Assembly (NCBI RefSeq): GCF_001194135.2
Contig: NC_068993.1
Location: 23,572,024-23,636,023, forward strand
DNA: 64,000 nucleotides
Reading direction: 5' to 3'
DNA from: Octopus bimaculoides
Taxonomy: Eukaryota
The position numbers and the translations under genes were made by a program. How positions within the stretch are numbered: the first letter of the stretch is position 1; each line of letters begins with the position of its first letter. The notes under the pieces are model-generated. The model was not told the origin of the DNA, did not search any database, and worked only from the letters and a program-made list of their open reading frames with translations. Below, piece after piece: positions 47,403 through 60,600 of the stretch.

Positions 47403-47744
47403 GTTATGCATTAATTCTGCACCCCAATCTAACGTATTTTAGATCACGGTACTGCACTGCGCTGTGATGTGTTGCAAAAGTCAAAGCAGGATTTTTGTCA
47501 TACTACCGTCTTATGCTTGCCTTAATGATTTCTGATATATTTAAGATGACAGTGAGACTCAATCTATACATGGCACAATTAATCAAGTAGCATCAATGCA
47601 AGCTGCGACAAAGCTACTTCACAGGAAAAATACCACCGACCTAATTTTGATCATTCTTTGAAAACACACCGATTCATGTAGATATACTTTTAGATAGGTG
47701 TGTGAACCTCTCTCTCACTCTCTTCCCATATATGTTTCAGCGCG

Positions 47745-47792
47745 TGTGTAGGTGCTGTGTGTGCGTGTGTGTGTGTGTGTGTNNNNNNNNNN

Positions 47793-47836
<44 letters not shown>
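47745..47836. repeat. (TG)n microsatellite with 10-N gap
   Basis: Directly visible; gap at 47783-47792. Confidence 0.95.
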
Positions 47837-48744
47837 TCATATATAATATACATATGAAAGTAACGATGATTTACACTAAACCAAAAACATACATACACTC
47901 TGTCACACAATGAGCCTGTCTGGGTTTGCAATGAATGCATTTGAGTCGGTTTGTTATAAGCTGTGTCAAAATAGTAGTACAAAGTATAAATACCAACAAC
48001 GGTTTTAAAGGAAAAACTTGTTTTCTTTTTAACTGCTAATAAAAACTATGGGAAAATTTGTAAAAAAAAAAAAAGGAATATAGGACGTTCTGTAATATTT
48101 CATTATTTACATTTCATATTCGTTTACAATGACACTTTATGTTTGAAGCTTCTAGCATTTATTTATTTGCTAGGATTTTGTTAGTACCCTCATATTTTTC
48201 AATGTTTTACTCATCTTTGTTTTTATTGCTCTGTTCATTGATGTTGATATAAGCGGCTTAGAAGATTTCCGATGTTTGACGTTTTCCTTTTTTTTTTCAA
48301 AATAGTAACTCATTTTTACTGAACAACTGTAGTGAGTCAGTCAGACAGTCAGTGAGCGAAACAGAAAGAGACACAGAGAGAGAGCATAAAGAACGGAAGA
48401 CGAAGGATTAAGGTACGAGTTTAAATTGAGCAAAACAGTGCCTATGTGCACTTTCATTAATTTGACCCATATTCTAAAATCTGTTATTGTTTTAATTTGC
48501 ATTTTATCCTCTTGCTTAACGATTAAGGAAAAGATTGAAAGATATATTTTTAGAAAGATATATGTATATAAAGACGTGTGTATGCGAATACGTGTGTATG
48601 TGTGTAAACATTCATATGTTGCTTTTGTGGCAGGTTTTCTTCAAAATATACTCTTTTATTCTTTTACTTGTTTCAGACATTTGGCTGCGGCCATCCTGGA
48701 GTACCGCCTATAGTCTAGCAAATCGGAACACTAACAGATCTTTC

Positions 48745-48996
48745 TTCTTTGTGAAAGAACTATCATTTATTCCGGAACATGTGTAGGAATTAAAGGAACT
48801 TTCATCGACATGCGTTTTGCTCCATTTATTATTATCCATATCCTCTCAAAATGTATCACTTCAACTTGGTATATCTACCTGTAAAACGGGTGTGATATCT
48901 TGTTTTTTAGTGTAATTTTGCTACCTCTGGTAACTATTAACGTATTTAAATTATTGAAAATTTTAATAACTGAGATAATATTAATATATACATAAA

Positions 48997-48998
<2 letters not shown>
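48745..48998 (+). mobile_element. Solo fragment of the 36954-38962 PLE 5' region
   Basis: gtaggaattaaaggaactttcatcgacatgcg...ataactgagataatattaatatatacataaa aligns with about 37055-37310. The HHR GAAA is mutated to GGAA. Confidence 0.85.

Positions 48999-48999
<1 letters not shown>

Positions 49000-49036
<37 letters not shown>
49000..49036. repeat. (TA)n microsatellite
   Basis: Directly visible. Confidence 0.97.
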
Positions 49037-49037
<1 letters not shown>

Positions 49038-49399
49038 TAAACGTCTGAGAAGAATATTATATATTGCAACGACAATATACGTGGACACTCATTGAAATTA
49101 AACAGCTTATCGACACTACATTACGTAGTTAACTGATACAAGTACTCAATGTGGCCAACTTTTCTGGAAAATGCCCGTGGAGTGAAATGCAAGAGCTTGA
49201 ATACTCAGCTTTGACACTCTCGAAGCGTTTGATTTTGTGTGTGATTTTAAATTGGGTTCGGACATTTTGGATTTGTTTCAGATTATGTAATGAGGACTGT
49301 TCTTTCCTAAGTCTGTTATGAATCCCTTCTTAAATCCTCGACTAAAGCTCGAAGCACCTTGTTGTTATAGAATGTATATGCATACGTATGCAAGGTGCA

Positions 49400-51218
49400 T
49401 ACACCCACCACACACACAAACATGTGTATGTGGATGGATGATTAGACGAACAATATCAACAATTCAATTGATATACTAACGGTTTGTGTTTAGTTAAACA
49501 TTTTGCAAAATTGAATGCACAGATGTTGTTGTGGATAAACATTGTTTGCGTCCCCTGCATGAGTCTGCATGCATATTTAAACCTTTTTTTTTTCTTTTAC
49601 ATGATACCAGTTAGAATACCCATGTTTAATAAAGCAAGTATCCGCTTGGGCAGAAGTGTTAAAGTGCTGACAAGCAAAACAAAGCAAGGCTTTCTTTGAA
49701 AAAGAACACTCTAACCATGGACGGCTGGTATACCAGCTTGCCGAGAAGTCACGCTTCTGATTTCCATAAATTTTTGGATCAAACTTTGCTAGAACTGGCA
49801 GCACTGGTTGGTAGTCGACCTGTCTTAGATCATCCAATGAGGGTGTCGAAGACTCTGCAAATCATTCCTTGAGCTGCGAAAATTCTTCGTTTGCAGTTCT
49901 CTTCTGTTTAGCATTAGATGAATCAGATTGGAAATTCAGCAATGATTGTTTCAATTCTCTTTTTCGGTAGCGATTCATTATTTAATGACACTTCGTAGTA
50001 CACTGGCCTTAAAGTTATATACTTCTACACTAATGTCGGTAGAATTAAAACGATTTAACCAGCACTTTATACTGAATTATATAAATGTAACAATACGAGT
50101 GGTTTGTGGCATAAGAAACCAAGTTTTGTAAATTTATAAATTTTAGGCTCTGTACTCTGGTTGTATATTCGGGTCCGTCACCAGACTTTGATGCTTAGGA
50201 TGGCTTCAAAAAGATCTGCCTTGGCACTACAATTTGCAATAATTATAAGGCGAAGTATCCTAGTAAGCGTAAGAATTTCTTAAAATTTATGAATTTTAAA
50301 TTCAACTCCAAGAGATTTTAGTTCAAGGAATTTTTTTTCAATTTCTCCAAAGTTAGGCCTTTTTAATTAAACACAAAAGAATTTCGTAGAATTTTGCTCA
50401 AAGAGAAACAATAATTATTTCGTGAATCTTCTGAGCTGAAAAAAAGTTTCTGAATGTATATTTCAGAAAATATCAAATTGTAAACAAACTCAAAATATCA
50501 ATGATGGAAATGTTTTCTTACATTTTTCGCGAATTTACGAACTCGATAATATTTCTATGACTGGTGGGAATAAAATGAATTTTTTTATCTCTGTTTTATA
50601 TTATAATATATATATATATATATACATGTGTATGGGTGCGTTACCAGTACCATAAATCCAGATGTTTTCTCTCGAAATGCTTTTTAACAGCAGTAACAAC
50701 CACCACTACAGCAACAAAAACTACCACAACAAAAGCAACGACAATCCCCACAGCAACAACTGACCCAGCTTCAACCTCTAACAGTACTTAAATCCATCAC
50801 AATTGATGACGTAATTAATGAAACGGTCAAGCTTTCAAATACCATTTGTTACCCACAAGCCGTTCTACAGTACACACGCGCAAACACACACACACACACA
50901 CACGCACATACACACAGACACACCCCACTAAATCAAAGTAATTTGAACTTATTGCTTGCCTCTCCAGCGACCTCAAATCTTAGCAATCTGTTGCCGCTAA
51001 AGTGTCTAAAATTCCACAAAAGAAGTTTTTTTAAATTTTATTTTATTTATTTATATATATTTTTTAATTATTCTTTTCAACTGTCTGCAAACACAACCAG
51101 GCTGAGATAATGCATTCTTGCAAGTGTGAATAAAGCAGATTCTGAAACTGGTGGGGCCGAAATTCTAACTGGGGTGGCTAAGATCACCATAGCTCCACTC
51201 CCCGTGGCTACATGCCTG
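49400..51218 (-). mobile_element. hAT DNA transposon relic (ZMYM1-like/TTF zinc-finger type)
   Basis: ORF 49577-49837 RDFSASWYTSRPWLECSFSKKALLCFACQHF...GYSNWYH is a TTF-type Zn finger typical of hAT transposases. Candidate TIR gtggctacatgcctg at 51204-51218 (reverse complement caggcatgtagcc). Left end not found. Confidence 0.68.
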
Positions 51219-51439
51219 CTGACCACATGGGTACAATACATTTAAAAAGAAGCCCTTCTCTCTCCTCTTTTTCTTTTCTCTTTATTTTTTGTTCTCCAGC
51301 CCGTCATTCTTTCCCCTTCTTTCTTTACTCATTTCTTTTATAAAAGAAAAAGAACCGCGGTGCATCAGTATGGCCGCAGCTCTGAGCTGAAGCTACTGCA
51401 AAAAAAAAAACCTGAAAGCCTCCCCTTCTAGATTTGGAT

Positions 51440-51910
51440 ATAAGACAAAGAAATCTTGTGCAAAATAGTATAATTCTGGCAAGTAAAGTTTGTCGCCACT
51501 TCAACATGGCTATTCCATACGAACGGACGTTACTGCGATTTTTTGCCGGTGCAACATACATCCAATATATTGCAAGCAGAGAACCTCTACCACCTTCTAG
51601 CGTCAGGACCACCAAAACAGTACTTCGCAGATTGATGCGAACTACTGCCATCTCTAGCAGATAAGTTTCGCTTGAAAATGGTTTGTTGGTTCTGACGCTA
51701 GAAGGTAGTAGGAGTTCGCTTCCTTGCTTGCAATATATCGGATGCATGGTGCATCGTTAACCAGCAAGAGGAATTGCAGTAACGTCCGTTCGTACGGAAC
51801 AGCCATGTTGAAGTGGCGACAGATATTACTTGCCAGAACAGTTACTGCTTTCAACTCTTACAGAGATTTACAACTAGACACTTTTCTTGTTGCAAGAATA
51901 ATTCTAGATA
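51440..51910. mobile_element. Foldback/MITE-like palindromic element
   Basis: Arms at about 51465-51620 and 51685-51840 are near-perfect inverted repeats, e.g. ttctggcaagtaa...cgaacggacgttactgc vs gcagtaacgtccgttcg...ttacttgccagaa. Confidence 0.82.
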
Positions 51911-52257
51911 TTGGTCAATTTGTAATGGACCGCTATTAAAATGTAACTCCTGAAACAATTAGCTAGATATATACACAGCGTATATATCTACATATAAACC
52001 ACTCTGTGTTTTTCTCTGGTGTAAATGTTGGATCTCCGATCGTCTATCCGTGTTGATTATCACGTTGGGATTACATAGATCAATTTCTAATATATTTCAT
52101 CTCACCATTGCACCTTGCCGTCAGTTTTGTGAGTAGCATTCAGAATTCGACCATTGTTTAAGACAGACGGGAAATTTGCCTGGCAACTGTTGGTGTTGCC
52201 ACCTATAGTTACTTTTATAGAAACACGATTCATACTCCGGTGAAATTTACTTCGATA

Positions 52258-52688
52258 TCGTTATGCCTCGAACTGCTTTATATTTGAACATAGCATTCAA
52301 AATGTGTTTTGTAGATCACTGTCCTATTTACTGATTTTTGATTAGATGCCGTAAAGCTTCCGTGGAACATTGTGATATGCGATTAATTGAGACACGTGGT
52401 GTTGAATTGATATATTTCCCCTTTTTTTAATTTCTTCCTTCTTTGGATTTTTTTTGTTTTTTTTTTTGATCTTTTCTGTTTGGCTACACTTTCTGAAATT
52501 TTGAAATTAAGGGAAATTTTCAAATTTGCTTTATTGATGTGATTTTTCACGCTGAATCTCAGGGCCTAATTTACTGGAAAAATTCTGGAACAATTTACTT
52601 CTTCCAGAATTTTTTTTAATGTTACAGAGGTTTAAAATTTGATATTTTTTTTTTACCTAGTCGGAATACACGATATGGAAGTTGTCAT
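52258..52688. mobile_element. Unclassified repeat, second copy of 38400-38768
   Basis: Visible colinear identity with 38400-38768. Confidence 0.75.
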
Positions 52689-54349
52689 TTTGTGCGTGAC
52701 TGCAATCATAAGACGACAAGACAATACCGTGAACATTGAAACGAGGGTACATGTTTTAAGCATTTAATAAGTGAAAATAAGCAAAACAGCTGCAAGATGG
52801 GCTAGTGAAAATGCAATGTAAAATATCCAAAAACAGCAAATGGTGTGTGTTGACAGTGCAACGTAAAATATCCAAAAGCAGCGACAGATGCCTACAAGCA
52901 GGAAAACAGAGGGTAAAATATCAGTTCGTAAGCACACGTGGTTTTTCAAGAGTTCCAAGAAGAGTTTCAGCGCTTGGCATGTTACTATGGAAACAAGCAC
53001 CTATATGTCTATGGCATTCGCTTGGCTAGAATTCCCAAAATTGCAAACTTTAAAGGAAGAATATGTTTTTGCAAATGAACCAACTAAATGTACATAAATA
53101 CTATATCAAAGAACAGTAGGACACTTATGCAGCAGAAACACGTGTTGGATTAAAATCACTCTACTATGCATGATAAGGAGAAATATGAACATTTATAATT
53201 ATTTGACAGACGAATCTTTGTTGGGGTGGGTGTTTTGTAACCATTAACAGTAAACACAAGCTATTAAAAAAATATAAATACTGTTGTTTCATCACACACC
53301 AATCTTGTTTATGTCAACTTTGAATGATATAAGTTTGAAATAACAAATTGCACCAAAGCACTATTATGTCTGCGGAAATAGAATGGCTTCGCCTGGAAAT
53401 ATAAAAAGTATTCCTTTGCCTGAGTGACACTTAAAAAATACCACATTGCAAAGTTATGAGCTTACCAGGGTAAATTAGTAATATGTAGGAACACAATAAC
53501 AGTATGGAATTAATCAAATATATTTATTTATAAGTTGTTGAACAACGTCGACCCGCAAGCTTGCGTTGCTATGCGTGTGCGGTCCAAACTGATGTTGGTG
53601 TCGATATATTTGTATTAAAATCTCGATCAATTAACGCTTGGGACTGAAGAAAAATATTTAGACTGAATTGTGAAGCACTAATATCACACAGTTATTCATC
53701 CGATAGAATAATCTTTGACATTTGTTTGTAGTCATCGGAATTCACATCTGAACTTGCACATAAAATAATTCACTACCTTCATATTTTAGATACACTACTC
53801 CTCTCTATTTTCACTTTTACTAGTAAATGTGATGTGCCAACTCCTCTTGATTTTGTGATGCTATTTCTTTGGTTTAGTTTACCATTGTTATTCTTTGTTG
53901 CAGAATACCAGTAGAATTTTAGTCTTCATGAATTAAGGTCATCAGCTTTACCACATTAAAAACTGGTAGTTCTTCCGCAGTTATATTTTACAGATTTTAA
54001 AATTGCATGAAGTTAAGATCTGTTGAGTTGTTAGAGTTACGAAATAAGTGTCGGCATTATGTTAGTATTTCCCCTATTATATTACATATTCGAAGTCGAA
54101 TACTTCTAGCAAATTTAGTACATGATCTTCATTTGTACAGAGTTTATATACAGAGTCGTACAGAATTTATATTTAAATTGTAGCAAGCGAACGATGCTCT
54201 ATTATATCTATACAAAAAAAATGAGGGTAGAACCAGTGCATGGTCAGTCAAATATACTGCAATCACTATTCTCAACATTTGCTCAATTCCAGTTGCTTTG
54301 TTCAACATATTCTTTTGAAAGAAAATATATGTTACTATACAGTATTTTC

Positions 54350-54560
54350 TCTACAGAAGTTGATAGGATCGTTAGTGTGCCGTGCAAAATTCTTAGCCAA
54401 ATTTCGTCGGTCTTTACGTTCTGGGTTAAAATGCCACCGGGATCGACTTCACCTTTCCTCATTTGGGTGTCGATAAAGTAAATACTATTCGAGCACTGGG
54501 TCGATTTAATTGAATCATCCCCACCCACGAAATTTGTGACCTGTTGCTATAACTCGAAAC
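54350..54560 (+). mobile_element. Family-A SINE, decayed
   Basis: gatcgttagtgtgccgtgcaaaattcttagc...gtcgataaagtaaatac...cactgggtcgatt. Confidence 0.68.
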
Positions 54561-55139
54561 CAATGTATTTTATCTAGGGGAAGAATAAGTACTGTAGTAT
54601 TTCTGTTAACCATTTTTTGTTTTTGCATCTTAAACTGAATGCGCTGAGCAAATGAGAAAGATTACATAATGTATGTGAGTGCCAGAGAACATTTAAATGA
54701 ACTATGCTCGATGGAAACTTAGAATGGATTATTAGAAATTGTCCTTGAAGCATCTTCTATATAATGACTAAGCAAATTAAAAGTGAGATGCTGGAAATGA
54801 CTGAGCTGTTAGGTAAATTTTCAATATTTCACTTGAAATAATCTAGGAAATTTTCGTGGAGTAATTAAGAAACCAAGTAAAGGCAATATTCTCCTCAATC
54901 TGCGAAGCAGCTGTGAATGCGTTCAATAAGGTCACGCCTGGTTAATATCTGTCATATATAAATAATTAGATGTTTTGTAATTTTCAAAATTGCTGAGAGT
55001 ATCATAATATAGTCTGAAGCTCTCCTAGGCAGATATGCGCAAGAAATGGACATATTTAAAAATATTTTAGAAATGAAGTAACGGAAATAAACAACGGTTT
55101 TAAATTTTGGCCGAATACCAACAATTACTCGAGAAGACA

Positions 55140-55235
55140 AAATTGATTACATCGACGCCAGTAGTCAAGTGTTAGTTATTTAATCGACCCCAAAATGATG
55201 AAAGGAAATGTCGACATCGGTACAATTTGAACGGA
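55140..55235 (-). mobile_element. Family-A SINE fragment
   Basis: attacatcgacgccagt...taatcgaccccaaaatgatgaaagg..gtcgacatcgg. Confidence 0.6.
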
Positions 55236-56164
55236 ATGGAAATAAATATTTTGATAACTTATGAACTGTCAAATCCTGTATGATACAATTCAGCTCAATA
55301 TATTTCGCAGATTCATTGAATATTAATATTAATTTGATGCAATATTCTCTTTACACTAATCAGTATATGAGTACAAATCACAACGCGGTTGAATTTGCTT
55401 TCCATATGTTTTTTTTTTTTTTTGGTTTTTTGTTTTTTCGAGATTTGAAACATAAACTAAAATTCGAGTATGACATATTGCCGAAATTGTCAGATTATCT
55501 GTCGATACAATCTGACAATGTTTGCTGTATTTGTTCCCGCTTGCTACCTTCTGCGTTTTATTTATAATTCGTTTAACATTGTTTTATTGAGGAAAGTAAA
55601 CTTAAAGACACAGTCCTATGGCAAGAATTTGGGTAAAAACCACCCCCTTAAGTGTAACTTACAGAAGACAAAAACAAATGAGGGTTACATGATAGGTGCT
55701 CTTTCCTTTCTGCAATGGGGCAAATGACAAAACATTTTACTCAAAACTAAACTCCTCAAAATCTTGCACAAAACCGATCAATTTCGACAGAATTTTAGAT
55801 ACAGTAGTTAAATGTAGAAGAGAACAATAAATATCAAATCACTAGGATTTTGTAACTGGAATATTTTAACATACAGATTTGATATTTAGATTTCATAAAA
55901 GTAACGTTATCTGATTCAGCTAGAGACAGACAGTAGCATAAGATTTCAACTCAGAAGAGTTTCTGCTGTCACCTGGGATTTATATTACTTTATTTCCTCT
56001 GCTAAGCTCCATCACTATCTTCCTCGAAGCGTATACACTTACACTCTCACGCAAACGCACAAATATTATATATATATAAATATATATTTATACGTGTGTC
56101 GTTCGTATATGCATGTATTTATATGTATATATCTTGAACGAGAAAGATATACGTATTTGTGCGT

Positions 56165-56182
56165 GTTAGTGTTTGTTTGTGT

Positions 56183-56223
<41 letters not shown>
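56165..56223. repeat. (TG)n microsatellite
   Basis: Directly visible. Confidence 0.96.
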
Positions 56224-56225
<2 letters not shown>

Positions 56226-56449
56226 CAAACAATGTGTCGTATTAAGGAGAAATGAATTCAGACGAAAATCACCAAAAATATTATTTTGAGATGCTTACTG
56301 AATGTCTTGTTCCCCAGTGTAAAAGTTGTTTATTTTGGATATGAAATGAAATATTAATAATAACTGATCTCCATGAAAATTTGAAACCTACATATAAATG
56401 ATCAACAATTTATATATTTTGTGATTTACAGACAACACTGCTTCATATC

Positions 56450-56632
56450 TATGAGGCCAGCAATTTCGAACAGGGTGTAAGTCGATGGCATCGACCCAAT
56501 ACTTAACTGGTACTTTCTTTATCGATACCAAAATGGAGGAAAAGAAAAGTTGACCTCGTTTGTTAAGACGAACTAAATACTGGGTAGCATCTTACTCTGC
56601 GTGCTAATAATTCGTTCAGCTGATTGCCTTAT
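56450..56632 (-). mobile_element. Family-A SINE, decayed
   Basis: aggccagcaatttcg...catcgaccc...ctggtact...atcgatacc...gttgacctcg. Confidence 0.62.
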
Positions 56633-57524
56633 AACTCACGCAATATTGCAAAGTGTTTAGATACACATTTAATTCTGTACGCTATCCAGCGACTAACTTT
56701 AGCTGGACCGTGTACACATTTTTATGCATTTAATCATGTAACAGAGTATTCAGTTCATACTATCTTTAGTTAATATAGTTTTGACGTAGTTCTCTAATTT
56801 GACGTAGGTCTCTAAAATTATGATATACTTCTTGCAAGAAATGAACCTGAGTCACATCATAAGCTTCGTGAGTACTTTTTTAGGGAATGTTATCCTTCAC
56901 GTTCAACTACACACTTATTTGTATGAATTCTTACCTCTAACAAATGTCATGTAATGACAAACTACAATTAAAACAAATTCTATGACAGCTAAGGTACAAA
57001 ATACATCACCAAACGTTTCGATTTCCGAAATACTATGCACATATTAAAACCAATTCATAATTTTTCCATTAAATATATACAGAATTTTCTTTCAATCAAA
57101 GAACATAAACGTACAAAGAATTGTGAAACTTATATTTATATTAGTATTACATTTATTACAATAACATTTTTTCCATGCAGCTCGTATATAACGAATGATA
57201 TAACACTCTGTAAAACGAAACAGTTTATATTCAGAGGAATGTGAAATGGAAGACGACCATATAATAAAAGAAACCGCCAGGTTTATCAACACACCAAACA
57301 ATAAATATATGACGTGAAAATATTCTGTGTTAGAATTGCATATTTTCATTTCCTTGTGTATAATATATTTACATATATTGAATAATTGTTTTATACCAAC
57401 GAAAATCAATGAATGACAAATAGTTTCCTAAGTATGTCAGTCTAATATATTCAATTGATTTTCTTACGCTTCAATTTTTGGTATTTTCAAAAGTCTATGT
57501 AGCCATACTCATAGAGTGAGAACA

Positions 57525-57745
57525 CAGATACACATACACATACAAATCACAACTTTACACCCTCATATACATACATACATACACACATAATACACACATA
57601 CATATATATATATGAGAGGTTTTTCGTATCCAGAATGTATGTATGTATGTATATGTGTGTGTGTGTGTGTGTGAGTACGCATGTATGTATATATGTATGT
57701 AAATCTCTCCATCCCTCATATATCTCATATATATATATGAGATAT
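57525..57745. repeat. Complex CA/TA/TG/TATG microsatellite region
   Basis: Directly visible. Confidence 0.88.
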
Positions 57746-57779
57746 ACAAATTGTTTAATACCAAGCTAGAACAGACCTG

Positions 57780-58430
57780 ATGATGCTTATATGGACATAT
57801 TAAAACATTTTAAAGATTTAACACACGTCCTAGATAACTCAATATCCCACCTACAGATCGGTGAAGCACATGTTCTAAACTCCTCCCAAAATGCATGGCT
57901 TTTCCTTAACTAAACTTGTGCATAATGGTCCTCCTTTCTATTAACCAGCATAAATACTACATCCCAAAAAATATCCGAAAAACATAAAACATTATATAGA
58001 ATTGAACCACCACCCCACAATAGCATTTATTACAAGAACTATACTTGAAAATAATATCATTAAGTACCCATCTAATACAATAAGTAAAGAAGCCAGCCCA
58101 AACAGTAACATAAACCTCGACGTAATTAGAGAGAATCCTGACTTCAGACAGCAAGGGTGTGAAACCAACGTCAGCCATACAGACTTAGAAATAGATCATA
58201 TTTCAGATTCCAAACAACCTCCATCACTTCCCCATGAAACCTTCCTAACAAACAGCGAACTGTATTCAGTTCAATTCTAGCCTAGCTGGTTGAAAAAAAG
58301 CCTGAATGAAACTGCACATACAATGCCCTTTTGCATGTACAACTGCCCTTACCCTGTGCAGTTGAAACACGTGTAGGTCGTCATAAACATAAAAATATGG
58401 TGAATGAAACTGAAAAATAAAAGTTAATAA
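57780..58430 (+). mobile_element. Probable PLE 3'/pLTR relic
   Basis: Degenerate ctgatga at about 57777, a decayed HHR at 58298-58379, then an A-rich AATAAA-containing end. Protein similarity not established. Confidence 0.4.
58298..58379 (+). ncRNA. Degenerate type-I hammerhead ribozyme motif
   Basis: CUGAAUGA(58302-09) AACUGCACA...UGUGCAGUU (9-bp perfect stem II) GAAA CACGUG UA ggtc. Stem III is the palindrome ACACGUGU; the core has one extra nucleotide and stem I is weak. Confidence 0.55.
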
Positions 58431-58545
58431 ATACTTGAGAATTACTCATTTTTGTCAGCTGAGTGGACTGGAGCAATGTGAAATGAAGTGTTTTGCTCAA
58501 GAACACAACGCGTCACCCGGTCCAGGAATCGAAATCACAAACTTA
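58430..58545 (-). mobile_element. tRNA-derived SINE fragment
   Basis: gtgttttgctcaagaacacaacgcgtcacccggtccaggaatcgaaa; the reverse complement carries a B-box-like TTCGATTCC and resembles the 32897 family head. Confidence 0.65.
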
Positions 58546-58664
58546 NNNNNNNNNNNNNNNNNNNNNNNNNNNNNNNNNNNNNNNNNNNNNNNNNNNNNNN
58601 NNNNNNNNNNNNNNNNNNNNNNNNNNNNNNNNNNNNNNNNNNNNNNNNATATATATATATATAT

Positions 58665-58755
58665 ACATTATTTACATTATTTACAATTGACGGGTATTTG
58701 TCCTCATCTTGTTTGTTGTTAACACAACGTTTCGGCTGATATACTCTCCAGTTCC
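58665..58755 (-). mobile_element. Tail fragment of the HHR-bearing composite family
   Basis: Reverse complement ctggagagtatatcagccgaaacgttgtgttaacaacaaacaagatgaggac matches 22560-22630 and 30580-30660. The CUGAUGA half is replaced by other sequence. Confidence 0.75.
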
Positions 58756-59225
58756 TTCCCCAATTCTTCAATTCCTCTGCTCTGTACATCTCTCTGTTCA
58801 TCCCACGTGACCGGTGCTCGGGTAAGCTTATATTCCTATCTGCTGTCTTTCATCGAAAGACACATGTTGTTATTCTTGTTTGTATTTGTAATCGTGTAAC
58901 ATTTTCTCCGTTTTCTTACTTTTTTTGTTCATGTTGTCGGATATATTCGCTTGCTTTCTTGCAAACATTGAATGCCCTTAGCTTAGATTTTGGGGGCTTA
59001 CCAATTTTGAACAGTCTCAAGTGTAACAGGCCGAAACTGTAATAATGATTGGAAGCTTGACTGAAGAATAGAACGTCACGAATATTTCGTCCTGGTTTTC
59101 CTGTCCGTCCTTGTTTCGTCCATCTGTCCGTACGTTTTCATTGTCATCCGTTACGTTCTTGTTCCGTCTATTGGATTTATAAATACACATAGCGGCATAC
59201 GTACACCTTATGCTCAGCTTGTCAG

Positions 59226-59242
59226 AATATATATATATATAT

Positions 59243-59274
<32 letters not shown>

Positions 59275-59749
59275 NNNNNNNNNNNNNNNNNNNNNNNNNN
59301 NNNNNNNNNNNNNNNNNNNNNNNNNNNNNNNNNNNNNNNNNNNNNNNNNNNNNNNNNNNNNNNNNNNNNNNNNNNNNNNNNNNNNNNNNNNNNNNNNNNN
59401 NNNNNNNNNNNNNNNNNNNNNNNNNNNNNNNNNNNNNNNNNNNNNNNNNNNNNNNNNNNNNNNNNNNNNNNNNNNNNNNNNNNNNNNNNNNNNNNNNNNN
59501 NNNNNNNNNNNNNNNNNNNNNNNNNNNNNNNNNNNNNNNNNNNNNNNNNNNNNNNNNNNNNNNNNNNNNNNNNNNNNNNNNNNNNNNNNNNNNNNNNNNN
59601 NNNNNNNNNNNNNNNNNNNNNNNNNNNNNNNNNNNNNNNNNNNNNNNNNNNNNNNNNNNNNNNNNNNNNNNNNNNNNNNNNNNNNNNNNNNNNNNNNNNN
59701 NNNNNNNNNNNNNNNNNNNNNNNNNNNNNNNNNNNNNNNNNNNNNNNNN

Positions 59750-59788
<39 letters not shown>

Positions 59789-59790
59789 CA
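59226..59790. repeat. (TA)/(TG) microsatellites around N gap 59275-59750
   Basis: Directly visible. Confidence 0.92.
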
Positions 59791-60329
59791 TCTACATGCC
59801 TGTTTGTATATGTAATATATATGTGTATGTATGTGTTTAGACATACATACAGATTTTATAGACTTGCAAATTCCGCTTTCTCTAATCCATAGCTCCATAG
59901 AAACAAAATAGTTTGTATTTCTAAAAGCAGTTGTTTTCGGAATATTTTCGTGAAACCCCAAAGTATAATGCCAATAAAATTTATAGCTATCAAGATAATT
60001 TCTCCACAATCTGGGAAGTCAAGTAATTAGATGTAGAGTCTATAAAGACATCTGATGACCAGCACATAATCAATTTCATTATGGACATATGTACGTACTA
60101 GTAAAATATATACAGATTATGTGCATATATAAATTATGAATCGATAAATCAATAAACAGTAAATATGCACCAATCTAAATCAATAAAAGCAAATGTTCGC
60201 TAATTAATATAAATGCTGATGTATATATTTGTAACTGTACTGAAATCCATGTCCAAATCCTCAAGTAGTGAAAGCTTGTTTATCCATTAGATAAGCTTTA
60301 GAATTAATATAGTTGAACTAATTATCTAT

Positions 60330-60600
60330 CTAGGCCGTCCCACAGGGCGTTCCAAGACTGTTTCCCATTCTTCTTTATCTTCCATAATGTTCCTCAGTTC
60401 CTGTACCCCTTCCATACCAGCATCCTCCAGCAAGTTGTCGATAGAGTTCGTCTTCTTCCTTCCTCTCCTGCTTCTTCTTTCCGTTGGGTTGCCAGAGCAC
60501 TAGCTTGTTAGCAATGTCATCGGTGGGTCTGATACAGTGTCTAGCTAGCCTCATCCTTCTATGCTGCATCTTCAATGTTACTTTTAGTAGTCCCTGGTGT
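60330..60600 (-). mobile_element. RTE (Expander/RTE-1-like) LINE 3' segment
   Basis: GLLKVTLKMQHRRMRLARHCIRPTDDIANKLVLWQPNG (ORF 60375-60575). Confidence 0.85.

Noticed and set aside
52888-53097. Possible exon (EFQEEFQRLACYYGNKHLYVYG... or MSMAFAWLEFPKLQ)
   Set aside because: No recognisable family and no convincing splice-site pair.
55600-55870. Possible Kolobok-type MITE starting ttaaagacacag
   Set aside because: No matching opposite terminus identified.
57092-57409. Hydrophobic minus-strand ORF resembling a GPCR TM1 exon (FGVLINLAVSFII)
   Set aside because: Hydrophobic ORFs arise easily in T-rich DNA; no further GPCR motifs or partner exons found.
59005-59050. Possible hammerhead relic (gtct...aggc-cgaaactgta); also ctgatga at about 57777 and 60052
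   Set aside because: Core or GAAA halves are too degraded to call; at most pLTR fossils.
59017-60009. 330-aa ORF and other long X-containing ORFs (30099-30408, 31545-32318, 43181-43621, 58435-58801, 61925-62234)
   Set aside because: Artefacts of reading through N gaps.
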